A stretch of 64,000 nucleotides of DNA from Marsupella aquatica (GCA_973895155.1 OZ316896.1:7511278-7575277); one strand, 5' to 3'. Positions 26,801 through 39,499 are shown, counted from the stretch's first letter. Translations and numbers: made by a program. The notes: generated from the sequence alone by a model not told the origin.

Positions 26801-28002
26801 ACAGAAATTTCAGTGTATCTCGACACACAATGTTGTGATGGGCACTCCAATGTACAGGCCTCGCTCAGATATGCAGGTATGTATAATGGCGCTTGGCGCT
26901 ATTCCAGAGTTTCTATTTTGTGTCCTCCTTTGGACATTTGACGGTGACGCTAGCGCCAGGCGCTAGTGTGGCATATCCTCTTCATGCAAGGTTTCTATAT
27001 TCTTGACATTGTATCTGATGTTTATTCTGAACAAAACGTTATTCGATGTGCAGATTTTTATGCTCACCCTCAATGTTTTTGGGCGTGTTTTGTCCAAAGG
27101 TAGGGTCCCGAAGGATCCCAAATTTTTGGCCTCTTTCACATACAGAGGATCCTTTGATAACCAATCTCATTGGTTTTCCCGTGCCAAAAAATGATCCTCT
27201 ACCGGAGCTTGCGTTTGCTGGGAATTCAAGGCTGCCTGTGGTTTTCATGTAGTCAATTTTAGGATTAATTACCCTCCCTGGGGATATTGTCATGGACTGG
27301 ACTGTTGGGGCCGGAAGTACATTTGTTGTTGGAGATCATTGTGGGAGGTTTGTAGTCGGGATTGAAAATCGTAAAGAGTTTCTTGACACTGCCACAAAAG
27401 TTTTCTTTGGACTTCTCGAGAACAAAGAGGCCTCCACATCCATGCCTCCGCACCGGCAGGTGGGGAGTAAGAAGCAGGACAGACTCAGTGTCCAAAGATG
27501 ATGGTGCCTCCAAGAAAGTGGTGAACCTCGGGTCTTCTGAATCTGAGGATAATGAAGAGTCTTCTGAGTAATGATCTTCAGCTTCCCTGTCTTTATTTTC
27601 TTTTTAAGGGTGACGTTAGTGTCTCCAAAATTCCACCATTTTCCCGGATCCAACTAAAGATATCGGATTCAACTTTCCAGGTCTGAGTGGAATCTTTGGA
27701 AGTGCTTTCAACTACGGAGGAAAGTCGCTAGGAATGCAATAGAAACCCCGGAGAAGCCATTTGTCTTGCCTTCCTATGCGGAAAAGGCAGCTCGAAAAGC
27801 AAATTTTGTGAGAATGCTGACTTGGGAAAGCAAAGGCCTGAGGCTCAAAAGGGGCTCGGATAGGAAGTTTATGAGGAACCGCTATGTCGATGACATCGTC
27901 CCGAACGAGTATGTAGACGACAAAGCTGAGTCTACTGATAGATCACAAAGTAGTGAAGAAGAATCAGAACTAGATACGACTGATTCAGAATCTGATGGCT
28001 AG
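23846..28002 (+). pseudogene. ParB-2: five-exon gene, N-terminal ParB/Srx-like domain fused to a C-terminal beta-class N6-adenine/N4-cytosine DNA methyltransferase-like domain
   Basis: IPLCRL...VVRML...IDKLKKSF...FCVFDGNHRL (ParB/Srx GxHR). FFRTMDPFLADDGLLAIL and TLPGDIVMDWTVGAGSTF...GRFVVGIE resemble the SAM-binding motif I region of N6_N4_Mtase. Introns 24565..24693, 26051..26160, 26877..27053 and about 27569..27680. Premature stops at 25316, 26042 and 26547. Confidence 0.75.
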
Positions 28003-28566
28003 CCAGACTTTAAAACAAATGAATAGTTTTTGGATAGAGATATAGGCTATTTTACAAAATAGCGCTTGGCGCTATTGTGAACACACGTAATATTGATGGG
28101 TGTTTATAAAGTGAGACGGACTGTCCAGATTGCTTTTTGACTATACTTTCCTCTATGAAGAGGACAATCTTAACTTGGGATGTATTATAATTCAGTGATA
28201 TTAGAATATGACTGCCCCCTTCCCAATCTTTCATCAATTGGCATCTGATGGTCTTTAATTGATCTCTATTTTTTAGGTCTGTTATTGAGGTCTGTATACT
28301 AGCACTAGGCGCTAGTATACATTTGTTTTTGGGCATACTTTTGCAGATAGATGTTTTGAATGAGGTTTTGGGTATTCTAGACTGTTTCAAGACTGTAGTG
28401 CTGGGCGCTAGTATTGCGATGTGTTTCAAAATAACGGATTTTAGAGGTTTCAATTTCATTTTGCGAGAGATGTAGGATTAGGGAAGATTTTTTTGGTGCA
28501 GACATTTGCTGTTATGAGCTTTACTGTTTGCTGTTTGTTGTTTGCTGTCACCGTGAAAAGCCTCGT

Positions 28567-31500
28567 ACGTAACCAGAGACACTCTCGACTGGCTTCATAT
28601 AACGCTATTATCTCAAAGTGATTAGAGGATGTAGTAGTGAGTGATTGTTTACTACTCTTCCAAGAAATTGTTGTGTGTCCAATAAGGAAAACGTAGCCCG
28701 TTTGTGACTTCATGTCTGCAGGATCTAAAAGATAGCCTGCATCTGCATAGCCGTATAATGTAATGTCGAGTTTTGCAGGAAAGAATAAACCAAGGTTGAT
28801 GGTGCCAAAGAGATAGCAAAGTATTCGTTTAAGGCCATTCCAATGTTGTATAGTGGGTTGGGAGCTATAACGGGCTAAAAGATGTACTACAAATGCAATA
28901 TCTAGCCTTGTTTGGCTAGCTAAGAACATTAAAGCGCCTATTAAAGATAGGTAACGCTTATCGGAGCCCAATAGGGGCTCATGTTCTTCTCTTTTCCGGA
29001 AAATATCTTTTGTTTGATCCAAGGAGCATAGGTCCATTGGAGACTTAACGGACTTGGTCATATGCATATGAAACTGTTTAAGTACTTTCCGTGTATACAT
29101 AGATTGATGAAGGAGAATTCCTTGAGGTAAGTGCTCGAACTGTAATCCAAGGCAGAATGTAGTCTTGCCAAGATCCCTCATTTTGAATACACGTTGTAGG
29201 AGCTTAAAGGTGTCAAGCATTATTTTACTTGTTCCAAATAAGTTTAAGTCATCGACGTAGATCGCTACGATGATTACTTATGTTCCTTCTCTCTTTATGA
29301 ATATACATGGTGCAATTTCCGCATTCTTGAAACCCATAGATTTCATTTCCGCCTGGAAACGTTGATACCATGTGCGACCGCTCTGTTTCAAGCCATACAG
29401 TGAACGTAGGACTTGTATGGCAAATCGAAGACAAGCTGTAAGAGTCTCCTTGTCGGATCTTGGCCCTGAAGGGGACTTCTAGGATATAGATTTGGAAATG
29501 GAATGCAGTATCTACAAGTTTTTGTGGTTGAAAGAAGCATTGGCTTGTTCTTGCTGTAAGGAATTCCCCTCACTGTGATACTGTACTCAAGTGATTAGCT
29601 CCGGTGGAGCTTCCGTGTATATTTGCTTATCCAGTTCTCCATACAGGTAACCCGTCACTATATCTAGCTGATGCATTGATAACTTATAGTGAATTGCAAA
29701 TGCTATGAGATACCTGTATGTAATGATATCCATCACGGGAGAATATGTCAAGTCATAATCCCTTCCTGGGATAGTGAATCCTCTGGCCACTAGCCGGGCC
29801 TTATATCTCACTATTTTTCCTCTTGCATTGCGTTTCTTAACAAAAATCCACTTGTATCCAGTGAGGTGTGTGTCAGGTGGAGCACGTGGAATTGGTCCGA
29901 ATACTTTACGTGAGATCAAAGAATCTAGTTCAGAATTAATAGCGGATTCCCACTTTTCCCAATCAGTGTGTTTTTGAGCCTCCAATATTGTCTTGGGATC
30001 AAGTAATTCATTAAGTATTTCTTGGGATACTTGAAATGCAAATGTTTGATCAAGAAGTGTATTCATTCGATCCCATATGTGACCGGTAGTGTTGTAGTTA
30101 ATTGAAATCTCTTCTTTTTCGAGACATAGGGCTTGGGTAGATAACGCAGTTATTGATGGAGGCTGTACAGTCTGGGAGATGTCTCGAGGGCGTCTGTGTC
30201 TTGGTTGCTTATCTGCTGCTCCAGGTGGCCTTCCATGTTTTACTCTTGGCGCAGTGTGTGTGGCAGGTTTGTTAAAATCCTGGATGCAGGATGGAGCGTT
30301 AACTGCTGGTACATGTGATCTGGTTACTTTTGCAGCATCTGCAAAAGAGTCTGGGAGTTGGTCCATCATCCGGGTGAGATGCAGTGTTCGCTGGACTTCA
30401 GAGTCGGCCTGTTGTGTTCTAGGATTGTTCCAGAATCCTGTATGGATATGCCATTGTAAGTCGTGAGGTAATTTCTGCTCCTATTTCTGTGTTGTCAATT
30501 TTGGGAATATTGCTTCATAAAAATGGCAGTCTGCAAAGCGTGCTTTAAAGACGTCTGCTGTGCTCGGTTCCAGATATCTGATAATAGCTGTAGAGTCAAA
30601 ACCCACATAAATGCCCGTCTGTCTCTAGGGACCCATCTTAGTCCTTTTAGGTCCCAAAATTGGTATCAATACTTGGCAGCCAAACGTCCTCAAGTGGGAA
30701 ACGTCTGGTATGTTCCCAAAAGCCAAATGATGTGGTGTGTTAGAATTAAAAGCTGACGGGCGGTATCTGAGTAGTGAGGTAGCATGGAGTACAACATGGC
30801 CCCATGCTGACGCCGGGAGATTGGTCTTCATAAGCAGTGGCCGAGCTATTGTTTGCACTCTCTTAATTAATGATTCGGCGATTCCATTTTGAAAGTGAAC
30901 GTGCGGGACAGGATACTGGACGTCGATACTTGCTGAGGTACAGAAATCATCAAAGGTTTGTGAAGTAAATTCACCTGCATTGTCCACTCGAAGGATTTTG
31001 ATCGGATTATCGGGGAATTCCGCTTTTAATTTCAGTATGTGCGCAAGTATTTCGGGGAATACTAGATTTTGAGTAGACAAGAGAGAATTTGTGACCATTT
31101 GGATGAGGCACAAATAAGAGCTAAAAAGAATCAAAAAGGTCCACTTGGGGGTTCTATGGGACCACAAACGTCGGCATGTATTCTCTCAAGAAATTTTGGT
31201 ATGGCTGTTTCTATAGTTGGGGGTGCAGGTCTGGTCACCATTTTTCCTTTGGAGCATGCCAAACAGGGAGATATCAAAGCTCTGGGGTGGACTGTTTTTG
31301 GTATTCCTTGAGAATTCTTTATGATTCTATAAAACATGGTTGTGCCTGGGTGGCCCAACCTGTTATGCCATAATTTTGTAATTACGTTATTCTTGAGTTC
31401 TGTATGAAAAACATGGGTTTTAGTGGTGTAAAAACCCAATGGCAATGCAGGTAGGGTCTCTATTATTTTGGTACCCATGGGTGTCTTTTCTACAATGTGG

Positions 31501-31852
31501 AGGACTTCTTGAGAGTCTTTGGTATCTGTCTGTATATGTAGGTGGTTTTCCCGTATATCTTTGAAACTCAAAAGATTTCTTGTAGCTTAGGAGCATAGAT
31601 AGCCGACTTGATATGTATTTGGGTCCCTTTAGGTAAAATTAGTGTAGCTGGGCCGTGCCCTTCCTCCAGTTGGTACTGTCCCATGATAGTAGTGAGTCTC
31701 TTCCGGGAGGGTGTAATGTATTTAAAATATGAAGGATCCTGTAGGATGGTATGTGATGTAGCACTGTCTACAATACAACAACTGAAGGCATTTAAAGTCG
31801 TATGAGGTTCAGGGACCAAGTGTACCTCAAGTAAGACTGTAGGGGTTTCCAT
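28567..31852 (-). pseudogene. pol: Copia pol (PR-INT-RT-partial RNase H), frameshifted
   Basis: Consecutive ORF fragments 31568..31852, 31131..31571, 30625..31167, 29587..30369 and 28456..29220 carry canonical motifs. Confidence 0.92.
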
Positions 31853-32193
31853 AAATGTCCCATGTGTTTCATATGTTTATGTATTGAGACTCTTTTTATA
31901 TAACTCCACTAGATGTGCAGGAGCTCTGCACATGCGTTGAGTATGCCCTTTAGTGCCACATCGATAACAAATACTAGGAGGATTGGTATACTTATCTCTA
32001 TTTACTGTAGTCCTCTTATGTTGGTTATTTGTTTGACCTCTCTGCCAGGTATTTCTGGAGCCTCCAAAACTGGATCGGCCCCTACCTCGTCCACGAAAAG
32101 ATTGAAATCTTCCTCCCCGTTGGGAACTTTGGCCTCTGCCTCTGAAATTTCCTCTACCACGTGATGAAGTTGTAGCAATTTGCCGTGGAGCAT

Positions 32194-35100
32194 TGTGGTG
32201 CGTCCCATGGCTCCCTAAACCCAAGAAACCCCCCAGCTCAAGCCGATTCCCGCAGGTTTCGTGCTTGGCGAGGCCGTTTCCGCGGCTTAGCGGCATGGGA
32301 CGCTGCTAACCTTCTACTACTACTATTAACATTTTACACACATATACTGGACAGATCCTTCATCGGGTCATGAGATACGTAGCCGGCCTAATATAGGCCT
32401 TCCCCTGTCTTCCCCTCCGTCTTGTTAGGTATGTTTGGATTCCGCCGCCGGAATGATCCCCAATAGGCTTGGTTAAGCCGCTAAGACCTCTCTCAGCTCG
32501 ACACATCCAACTCTCACTCCCCTGCTTACTTTCCTTCCTTCTGTTGATGTGGGCACTCTTCACACAAGTTAATGCGACACACAAATAGCAAAATGACTCA
32601 TTCTGACTGAGTCATACCATGCACTTGCCATACAAACAGTACATCTCATACACAAGTTCTGCGAACTAAGCCGTGAGGCCAACTCTATTCAGCTCTTAGG
32701 CATGAGGAAACATGAATATACACAAGGGTCACTGTATGACTAACCGAGAGCTTCTCGTACTACTTGATCCCAGCCCGGCTGGTGCAAACTAAAAACTTGC
32801 TAAAGAAGAGGCCCTGAGCTCCCCACTGCCCAGGTACTTATCCTGGTAGTGGATCCGCCCTTCTTTGCATCGTAAGCCTAATCTACTTAACAGTAATCTA
32901 CTTGCCCGAATCTACCTATGTACAGCAAGGCAGGAGCACAAGTGTTGCTCCTACCAGTGGGACCGCAATCCCACTAAGCTAAGTGTCAGGGCCGCTGCTG
33001 GTTCTGATCCTAATCCTAAACGTGGAGATCCGTGCCCGCCCTGCCCACTCACGCCTCCTCCCTCCACGTCCGCCCTCCCTAAAAGGAACGGCGCCCTTGC
33101 ACCGTCACGACACCGGTGGTGGATCCTCAATGGACGCCCCCAATACTTCCTCCTCAGCCACCGCCGTTGGCCCGCCTACTGACAGATTACCTGCCCTTGA
33201 CCGAGTCAACTCTCCATCGGCCTGACTGGGTCCACCTTCGGCTTCAGCCTCGACACTGGCCTCGGCAATACCCACGGCTTCGGCCTCAGCCACTCCCACG
33301 GCTTCGGCTTCAGCCACTCCCACGGCTTCGGCTTCCCCTTCCCCTAGGGTAGTTGGATCCTTAGCCGTGACCCTGTCTGGGGTCGGTGCTGGGTCTACCT
33401 CCTTGATCACCACGGCCTGTGAAGTCGTATTACTCCTTGACCCTGAAGGTTTCCGCTTCTTCTTCGTTGGTGGCTCGGCAGCTGGTCCCTTCCCCTTCCC
33501 ACTTACCTCCGGCACTGGTGCAGGTGGCGCGGCTTGTCCTTCGGCAATTACCACCCCTGGTAACTGGTTTGTCCCAACAGGAGATGGACCTACTGCAGCT
33601 AAGCATTTAAATACTGCGGCTTGTTTCTTCAGCCGCTCTGTTTGGTTGTCGGCCCGCCGCTGTAGGTTCTCCATCTTCCTCGTGATTTCCTCCAACTCCT
33701 CTTGGGTTTCATCCAGGTCCTTACGTGCCCCCTCCAGCTTGTTTTTGGCCTCCTCCTGCTCCCTGTGGGCTTCCTCCAATTCTTTCTTCAAGGTAGCCCT
33801 CTCCTCCTGGGTTGCTCTTAGCTCCTTGTCGAGCTCTGCAATGATGACAGACTCCATCTGGTTCATCTTGGCGTAAGTCTGTTCGAGCATCTCGTCCTTC
33901 TCCCTTAGGTCGGCCTTGAAGCTGGCCGTCAGGGACGCAAGCTCCTGCTGCAGCGCCATAATCCCTTGATAGGATTTCCCTAACTCGACCTCCTTCTGCT
34001 CAAGGGCTCCGCGGATTTTCTCGAGCTCCCCTTTCAACGCCCATTCCTTTCTTTGGGTCTCCGCCATGGCCCGGCTGTTGGCTGTTATGTGGGCCTCCTC
34101 TGTATTCTTCAGCTCTTGCTTCCACTTTTCCCTTTCTTTGATCGTGTCGGCCAACTCTTCCTGCGTCTGAGTCAGTTTATCCTTGATATTCTGATTATCA
34201 GCCTGCGCGGCGTCCAACTGCCCCTGCATGATGTTCAGCTCATGTCGTTTAATCCGCAGTTCATCTTGGGCTTTCTTGGCCGCCCTTAGATCTTCAATCT
34301 CGGCTTCCATCCTCCTAAGCCGCCGAATGACCTCGTCCTTCTTGCTTCTCTCTAAAGCCACCGCTTCTTCTAATTGGTGCTTCTCCAACTGCTCCCTATG
34401 GAAAAAGGGTCCTACCTCCAACTCCTCTCCAAAGATGCCGAGCGCAAGTTCCCCACACATCTCACCATACTCCATGGCTCTATTCTTAGCGTAGGTGGAG
34501 TAAGTAGAAGTGATCGGCATCGCCCATCGTGGCCTCTGCTCCCAAGCCGTCCTGCGGATCTCTTCAATCGTGGCTAGAGGTTTGCTTCCTTTTTTGGCTA
34601 GCCGCCTGATGTCCTCCGGCCAATCTCCTCCTGGTAAATCCTTTTCCTTAGCCAGGGCGGCCTCTTCCTCCTGCTTGATTCGCTCCTGAAATTCCTGCAC
34701 CGTCTGTTTTATGCCGTCGAAGCTCGGGGGAGAAACATCTGGTGGGGGAGACTCAGGGCTACTCTGCTGGTTGGGGTCCCCTCGTACTACCCTTGGAAGT
34801 GTGGGGACAAACCGGCCACAGGTCCTTACTCCTGGAACGTGATGGTCCGACCCATAGCCGGAATTATCATGGCTGCAGTCCTCCACTGCCTCCTCTACCT
34901 CTTGGACGTCCGGCTTCTCCCTCTCCTCTTCGTTGGTAGGAGCTTCAGGCAATTCTGCCTCAGATTCGGAGCTTGAGGTTCCCACGTACATTCGAACACC
35001 TGGCTTGGATTCCGGCCTGATTCTCTCCTTGTCTCCAGCAAAGGGGTTTTCTCTTGTGAGCCGGTGTAGGCCTACCTCTGTAGTAGTGTCCTACATTGTT

Positions 35101-36843
35101 GCCGTTGCCGTTGTTGTTGCCGATGCCGATTTCTTTTCTTTCTCCAGTAGTTTCAGCAGACTCTGCATGCCTGGTTGCTGCATCGGCAAGTCTTCCTTCC
35201 TGGGCCTAAACACCTGCTCGATCGTAGGACTAACAGGTGGTTGAGGCTTCTCAGCCAACGGCCTCGGCGTTGGAGCTTCCTCGGGTGCCCTTACCTGCAG
35301 GGGAAGTACCGGGGCAAAAGTCTGACCTCTGGCATACCGGCACAACAGCGGCATGTGATAGCCAAGCCGCGACACGCTCCCCATGCCGATTACCTGCTGC
35401 TCCTCCTTTAAGATCTTCTTCAATTGGTTGAGGAGGTACCCGTTGTAGTCCCGGCTTGGGTCTGGCCTTTCTGCCAGATAGACCTGTGCTTTGCCGATCT
35501 CTGCCCTCGGCAAGTTACAATGCATGGTCACCCGCAAGAAGTCGATCATCTCTCCTATGTGCGGGTTGGTGCAGGTGTTCCGGAAGAAGCCATTCTTCGT
35601 TGATGGCCCGGGGAACGACCGGAACTCCTTGTCAGGCAAGGTCTTCCTGGTATCAACTTTGGTCTTATTGCCCATCGGCAAGCCAAACACTTCGGCAATC
35701 ACCTTGGGAGTAAGATAGAAATCCTTCCCATATATCCTCGTGCAATTGGTCTCGGGTTCCCATGACCCCACGAATTCTAATAGGTCTGACTCCGGTACCT
35801 CCGGCTTCAGCCATGGTAATCTTACAAAGGCCTCCAAGCCGGATCCGGCCATGAAGCCTTGGTACTTCTTGGTCTGCATGGCCGTAAAGCATGCATCCTC
35901 CTCCCGTGCAAAATGTAGTTGCACCTCCACCGGTAGGGTTGCCGCCCAGCCCTTCCAGGTGTCATCCCTGGTTGGAATGGCCTTGATGGGATCGACCTCC
36001 TCCTCTTCGGCTTCTCCCTGCCTCCTGCTCTGCTGCTCGGCTGGCTTCTTTGGTGCCGCCGACCTCGTTCTTTTTGCCGGGGTGGCTTCATCGTTGACGG
36101 CTCCCTTCCTCTTCATCTCTGCTGCTGTGGAGGTTTCTCCTAGCACCGTTGCCCGGGTCCACCTTTCTGTGCTACCCTTTAATTCCCAGTGTATGTCGTT
36201 GCAGTTCTTGATGGCCTCTCGGATGCCGACGACGCTGTCTTTGCAAAACAGAAGATCGTCGAGTTGATTGGAAGTAGGCGTCCACAGGAACTCGTCCTTG
36301 ATGAGTTCACCTCCTAAGAAAGCCGTCTTCTGCAGCTCCCACAATCGAGCGAGCTCTAGCCGTTCTCGAGCTGCCCTTTTTGACTCCTCGTCCTCATAAG
36401 TCTTGATGTACTCAGTTGCCCGTTCGAACAGGCATCCCCAGAAATGTGCCGCTTGATTGACGTTGCTCATACCCTCCTTAGGTTGATCGTCGGTATCTAC
36501 TCTCTCCCCGAGTGCTTGCCTAAGCAGCTGACAGTAGTTGGCCTCCCGTAGTCGTCTGCCTAGTTCGTGCTCGCAAATGAGCCACCATCTCCTGCAAGCG
36601 CTCCTTACCCCTCTCCTCTGCCGGTCCTTCTTCCCGTTGATCCTTCCTAGCCGCCGACGCTTAACGCGCCCTAACCCTAATCGGGTTTTCACCCTCAGCC
36701 TTACCTCCGGCCTCTGCCCGGGTTCCATGGTTGCCCCTAATTGTTTATATTTTCCTTGTTTTGTCACTATACTAAGGTGTTCCTAGGGTGCCTTCCTGCT
36801 TTACCCACTTAACCGGCCGAGTGATTCCTGTCTAGGCATCACA
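32194..36843 (-). mobile_element. Family-A TG...CA element, complete copy A2 (4650 bp), solo-LTR-like but coding
   Basis: Ends TGTGGTGC...GCATCACA (8-bp imperfect inverted repeat); exact TSD AGCAT (32189-32193 and 36844-36848). Confidence 0.95.
33105..36767 (-). CDS. About 1220-codon reading frame with one in-frame TAG at 35091-35093: plant retrotransposon accessory-type domain plus long coiled coil
   Basis: ORFs 35091..36767 and 33105..34991 are in the same frame. LEFVGSW...TRIYGKDFYLTPKVIAEVFGLP resembles putative plant transposon protein/PMD-like domains of retroelement extra ORFs. No gag, RT or integrase motifs seen. Confidence 0.7.
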
Positions 36844-37793
36844 AGCATTGTAATGAGTTTCCGTCTGGGTTTGGGGAGGTAAAGTGCCCGGTGGTCTTTC
36901 CTTAGAGTTTTGAAGCAATAAAATCTGGTATTTCTCTTGCAATAGCATATGCGCTATTAACTCTGAATACTTGTTGAATCTCATATTTCTATATTGGGTA
37001 GATAATATCAGATTTGCAGAATGGAACGTCGACAATGTCTTCTCTATTTGTTCTGCGTCATCTACAGGTTCTCCACAAATTGCAAGTTGAGAGACTATGC
37101 AAAATAATTTGCTATTATATTCGGCAATCGACTTATGATCCTACACTTGTAGGTTAATCCAGTCATGCTGAGCTGCTAGGAGAAATACTGTACAAGTATG
37201 ATCAAATCGGGATTGAAGTTCATCCCAAAGGATTCTTGGATTTGCTGCATTCAGATATTGACGCTTAAGTGGGTCCGCTAGGTGGTGTCGTATTAAAATT
37301 AGCGCCTTTGCTTTTTGCTGTAGAGTTGGACCATTATCAATTGTAATGGTTTCTTGTAGATCTTTTGAGATTAGGTGCGCCTCTGCATTGAGAGACCAAG
37401 ATAAATAATTTGTTCCATCTATTTGTAGAGCTTGAAAAAGTAGCTTCTCCATACCATTTTGGGTCATTATTCCTTGCAGGTCTGGACTTGGGAATTTCCA
37501 AATTCAAGTATTCTTGAATGTAGGATTCAATTAAATTGAATTGATCGTCTTCGCTTTGCTCGCTCTTAATGTGGTGTATTTCCTTAAGAACACTCTCTTC
37601 TTGTGTCAATTTGTTCAATTTGAAGTTGAGATCTTCTTTCTCGGTCTAAATTTGTGTGTCCATGTTGTTGAGTCTTGACCAAATGTTCTAAAAAAAATCT
37701 GAGCATGGGTGTAACGATTTGAATTGAAATTTTGATCATTGATGAATTCACTATCCCATAGATTTTCTAAGTAAAACACATTCTGAGAAGCAC

Positions 37794-37807
37794 TCGTGCT
37801 GATAACA
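37794..37807 (-). promoter_or_regulatory. Primer-binding site TGTTATCAGCACGA (Bianca-type, internal initiator-tRNA-Met priming)
   Basis: Lies upstream of gag and directly after an ...AAAACA LTR-like end; matches the PBS pattern typical of Bianca elements. Confidence 0.75.
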
Positions 37808-37966
37808 TGTTTTATCACAATGCTCAGCCAGAAAATCAATCCCTTCATTCATGATCTCAAAGGTATATGTACAAGGTAGTTATCCTAGGTAGTTGTGGTA
37901 GTTACCTAAGGTTAAGGAGTAACCTTAACTTAGACTTAAACTATCCTATCCTATGTATCATAATAA
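37808..37966 (-). repeat. Putative short 5' LTR of the Copia element (outer boundary approximate)
   Basis: Abuts the PBS; there is no second LTR in the window to confirm its length. Confidence 0.45.
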
Positions 37967-39499
37967 GGCTTAATCAGTACTCTGTGATCTTGGCAAGGCA
38001 TCACAGAGTCTTACAAAGATTTTGTGATGGAGGATGGGGGTGAGGGTGTAAGTAGTGGGTAATTCCAAAAGCATGAAGAAACTGAAAAATTTTAAATTTT
38101 TTACGGTGATTAGACTGCAATTATTGCTAACTATAACTAAAACAACATTCAAAGTTACTAAGTTACTATGTATCCTGAAAGGCAATTGAGATGCCTACCC
38201 TACTCTCGAGGATCCCCACGCCAGGCTGAACTGATGGAAGTTACTCAAGCTCGGACTGTTACCCTCGTGGAGCTACTCGAACTAGAAGACATCCGACAAC
38301 AAGCTTGAGGAGTAGTCTAAGTCTTTTTAGTTAGTTTTAAGAATAGTGCATCTTTTCCTATTTTTCAAAATGAGCTATAGAGCTTTAAAAACTATGAGAC
38401 TTCTTTAGTATATAGTCTATACCTAGGAAAACCTGCTGGCAAATTTTCAGAATTTTCCGAGCTAGGAGTAGAAAGTTAAAAATAGTTAAATTTGCTAAGT
38501 CTTTAAGTCTACCGCATTTACCGGATTACGCCTTTACGCTCTTACGCTTTTACGAGTTTACGTTTTTACGCTTTTAAGGGTTTACGGTTCTTACTTAGCC
38601 ATTTCCCGGCTTTTCACTTACTGAATTGCTATTTTGACTTTTTGAGGAGTATGAAGAGGCATGTCTCTTCGACCCTATGACCTCTTACCCTGTAGGTTTT
38701 TACTATAAGACCCCTCCACCACTAGTGTAGTTTATGGTTAAGTTATGCATTTCTGCCTCTTCCTTGTGTTAAACTAGTTGATCATGAATCTATGAGTTCG
38801 AGATCAGGTTTAACATTTGGAGAGACTTACCTCCTTCTTGTGTTTTTACCTATGATTATAAACACAGGAAGTAAAATTCCTTTTGTGCAAATCTTTGGAG
38901 TTGTAATGACAGATTCCTCTTTGGTGACTCATTACAATTTCCTGAGGTCTTGAAGTTAACTCACTGAGTTTAAGTCTTATTTGAAATTGATGGATTTTCT
39001 TTTGTGTTGCTTAGTACCATCTAAATGTTGAAGTAGCTACCTTTTAGATCTTATCTGAGTACCACTTAGAAAGAAAGGATAAGACGTGTTGATGGCACTT
39101 TAAAGAGTACTCTAGTAAGCATTTTAGATCTGAAAAGCAAATGTGGATTTGAATCCTTGAGTCTTTTCATTTTGACTTATGTCTAAGGAGTAACCTTGGA
39201 AAATTCCAGACTCCCTTAGCGTACTTTGAGATTATTTTCTCTTGTGTTTTGTTAATTATTCCTTTTTCATTAATTTATGGTTACCTGATGCTGAGTTATC
39301 ATTGTAAACTACTCACCGCTGTGGAGCGATCTTCAAAATACCTTATTGAAGTAATCAAACTTGATTACTATGTGTGGAAAACATTTTTAGTTTTTTTATT
39401 ATTGTTTCAATCTATCAAACCAACCCCATCTTGTTCTTTACGGGAACGAATACCGAGTTTGAAGACCTTTAAGTGTGTTTTTGGTTCTTCATAGCAAAC

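Larger units (their letters stand above)
31877..37467 (-). pseudogene. gag: Copia gag, interrupted by element A2
   Basis: Removing A2 and one AGCAT restores ...ETHYNA|PRQIATTSSRGRG... leading into the CCHC knuckle. Confidence 0.9.
28567..37966 (-). mobile_element. Ty1/Copia LTR retrotransposon, Bianca-like lineage; 3'-truncated in RNase H, gag split by A2
   Basis: Gag NYLSWSLNAEAHL...KAKALILIRHHL...STFHSAN...KYSELI; zinc knuckle CYRCGTKGH...C; protease VDSATSH; GAG-pre-integrase LWHNRLGHPG; integrase RIHADVCGP, LRVDNAGEF, QNGIAES; RT RYKARLVA, YSPVMD, IYVDDL; RNase H GYADAGY. Order INT-RT-RH. Confidence 0.93.

Noticed and set aside
32590-32620. Hairpin ATGACTCA...TGAGTCAT as a hammerhead ribozyme (retrozyme)
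   Set aside because: The CUGANGA and GAAA catalytic core arrangement was not found around it.
37970-39490. AT-rich segment with TTTTACG repeats, possibly another LTR fragment
   Set aside because: No termini, TSD or second copy visible to support a call.
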